A DNA stretch of 64,000 bases, taken from contig CACOJW010000001.1 in the NCBI GenBank assembly GCA_902627615.1, positions 4,907-68,906 on the forward strand. Direction: 5' to 3'. The translations under genes were made by a program, and so were the position numbers. This DNA comes from an uncultured marine group III euryarchaeote (GTDB lineage: Archaea > Thermoplasmatota > Poseidoniia > MGIII > CG-Epi1). Each line of letters starts with the position of its first letter. Position 1 is the stretch's first letter. A model generated the notes under the pieces. That model worked only from the letters and a program-made list of their open reading frames with translations, was not told the DNA's origin and made no database searches. This document shows, one piece after another, positions 63,355 to 64,000 of this stretch.

Positions 63355-64000
63355 TTAACCTCGGTAATTTGAACTCCCTCCTCGTATTACTATGTAAGAA
63401 ATAAAAACAGATAAGAAAACTACAGCTATAGCAATTAATGCAATCCAATATTGCATTATTGACACTCCCATTTCATGTATTGAGCTTTCGTGTGTTGTAG
63501 CTTGTGGGGTGCCTAAAGATACAGCGGTTAAGTATCCCCATTGGTCTCCATTAGTTCCTTGCCCATTAACTGCATTAAAATAGATTATGAAAACAGCATC
63601 TCCTGCCCCTTCGGTAGGTGCAGCCCATTGGAAAGTCCAATTTCGAACGTCGTTACTATTATCATTATGCGAAATGTAAGCACCTTCGCCACCTACCCAA
63701 TAATTTTCATCAGTGATAAATGCACCTTCTGTAACTTCAGCTAGAAAACCACCATACCTTACTGCATCTTCTACCATAATAACAGTCGAATCATATATAA
63801 CTAAGGTAATATTATAAGTTTCCTCAGGCACATATGAATTTGGTATTCCTTCCAAGCTATACATTCCTTCATTCAACTGTTCGTCCATGTGACAAGAGCA
63901 ACCGTTTGCAATGGAGTCTTCAGCCCATTCATCACCGCCACTGACCCCACCGTTAGGATATCCTTCAGCACTTTTACCAACTATGAGTGCTGTTACAATC
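63355..64000 (-). CDS. Exported Reeler/DOMON-like domain protein with C-terminal TM anchor; 5' end outside window
   Basis: The frame stays open upstream of the track Met (...IVTALIVGKSAEGYPNGGVSGGDEWAEDSIANGCSCHMDEQ...). The Reeler-like pattern is C..H near the start, GGFLAEV, SH...NWTFQWAAP..GAGDAVFIIYFNAVN. A terminal TM helix is present. Confidence 0.55.
   Translation of the reverse strand, partial: IVTALIVGKSAEGYPNGGVSGGDEWAEDSIANGCSCHMDEQLNEGMYSLEGIPNSYVPEETYNITLVIYDSTVIMVEDAVRYGGFLAEVTEGAFITDENYWVGGEGAYISHNDNSNDVRNWTFQWAAPTEGAGDAVFIIYFNAVNGQGTNGDQWGYLTAVSLGTPQATTHESSIHEMGVSIMQYWIALIAIAVVFLSVFISYIVIRGGSSNYRG

Noticed and set aside
63889-63900. GCSCH in the Reeler-like protein could be a c-type haem-binding site.
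   Set aside because: Haem c attachment needs CxxCH, and this is CxCH. No cytochrome c maturation genes are seen.

Overview
The window is a 64-kb AT-rich chromosomal segment that is clearly archaeal. Archaeal markers are AglB/STT3 with WWDYG, three class-III-signal-peptide pilins, a class-I CCA-adding enzyme, RadB, an S26B signal peptidase, a PGF-CTERM sorting signal and TATA-type promoters. These are mixed with bacterial-looking aerobic functions: a homogentisate pathway, MutS, Rieske/cytochrome b and a blue copper protein. The gene content and giant surface proteins suggest a planktonic marine euryarchaeote (Marine Group II/Poseidoniales-like), but that is inference only. I call about 50 CDS, one tRNA-Gln(UUG) and one candidate structured ncRNA. 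I found no rRNA, CRISPR array, transposase or integrase. Four secreted giants (2357, 3177, 1414 and 892 aa) take up over one third of the window. The main leads are: (1) An ORF-free, G-rich locus at about 38.0-38.45 kb has its own TATA box and four ~46-nt modules of GGAAAC-RA-hairpin-GGGAAAC. The hairpin stems covary, and the modules are bracketed by twin C(UUCG)G hairpins. I read this as a candidate sponge-like RNA of unknown partner. (2) A translationally coupled operon at 58.4-64.0 kb joins a Rieske/cytochrome b module to HdrC/HdrB-like Fe-S modules and a flavodoxin-ferredoxin. (3) An uncharacterised 335-aa gene sits in the slot where maleylacetoacetate isomerase is expected in an hppD-hmgA-X-fahA operon. 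(4) AglB is fused to ~1400 aa of extracellular beta-sandwich repeats. (5) Three consecutive genes carry SAP, H3TH x2 and EVE nucleic-acid-binding modules, the first two on cytoplasmic tails of membrane proteins. All functional calls rest on motif recognition by eye. No database search was run.
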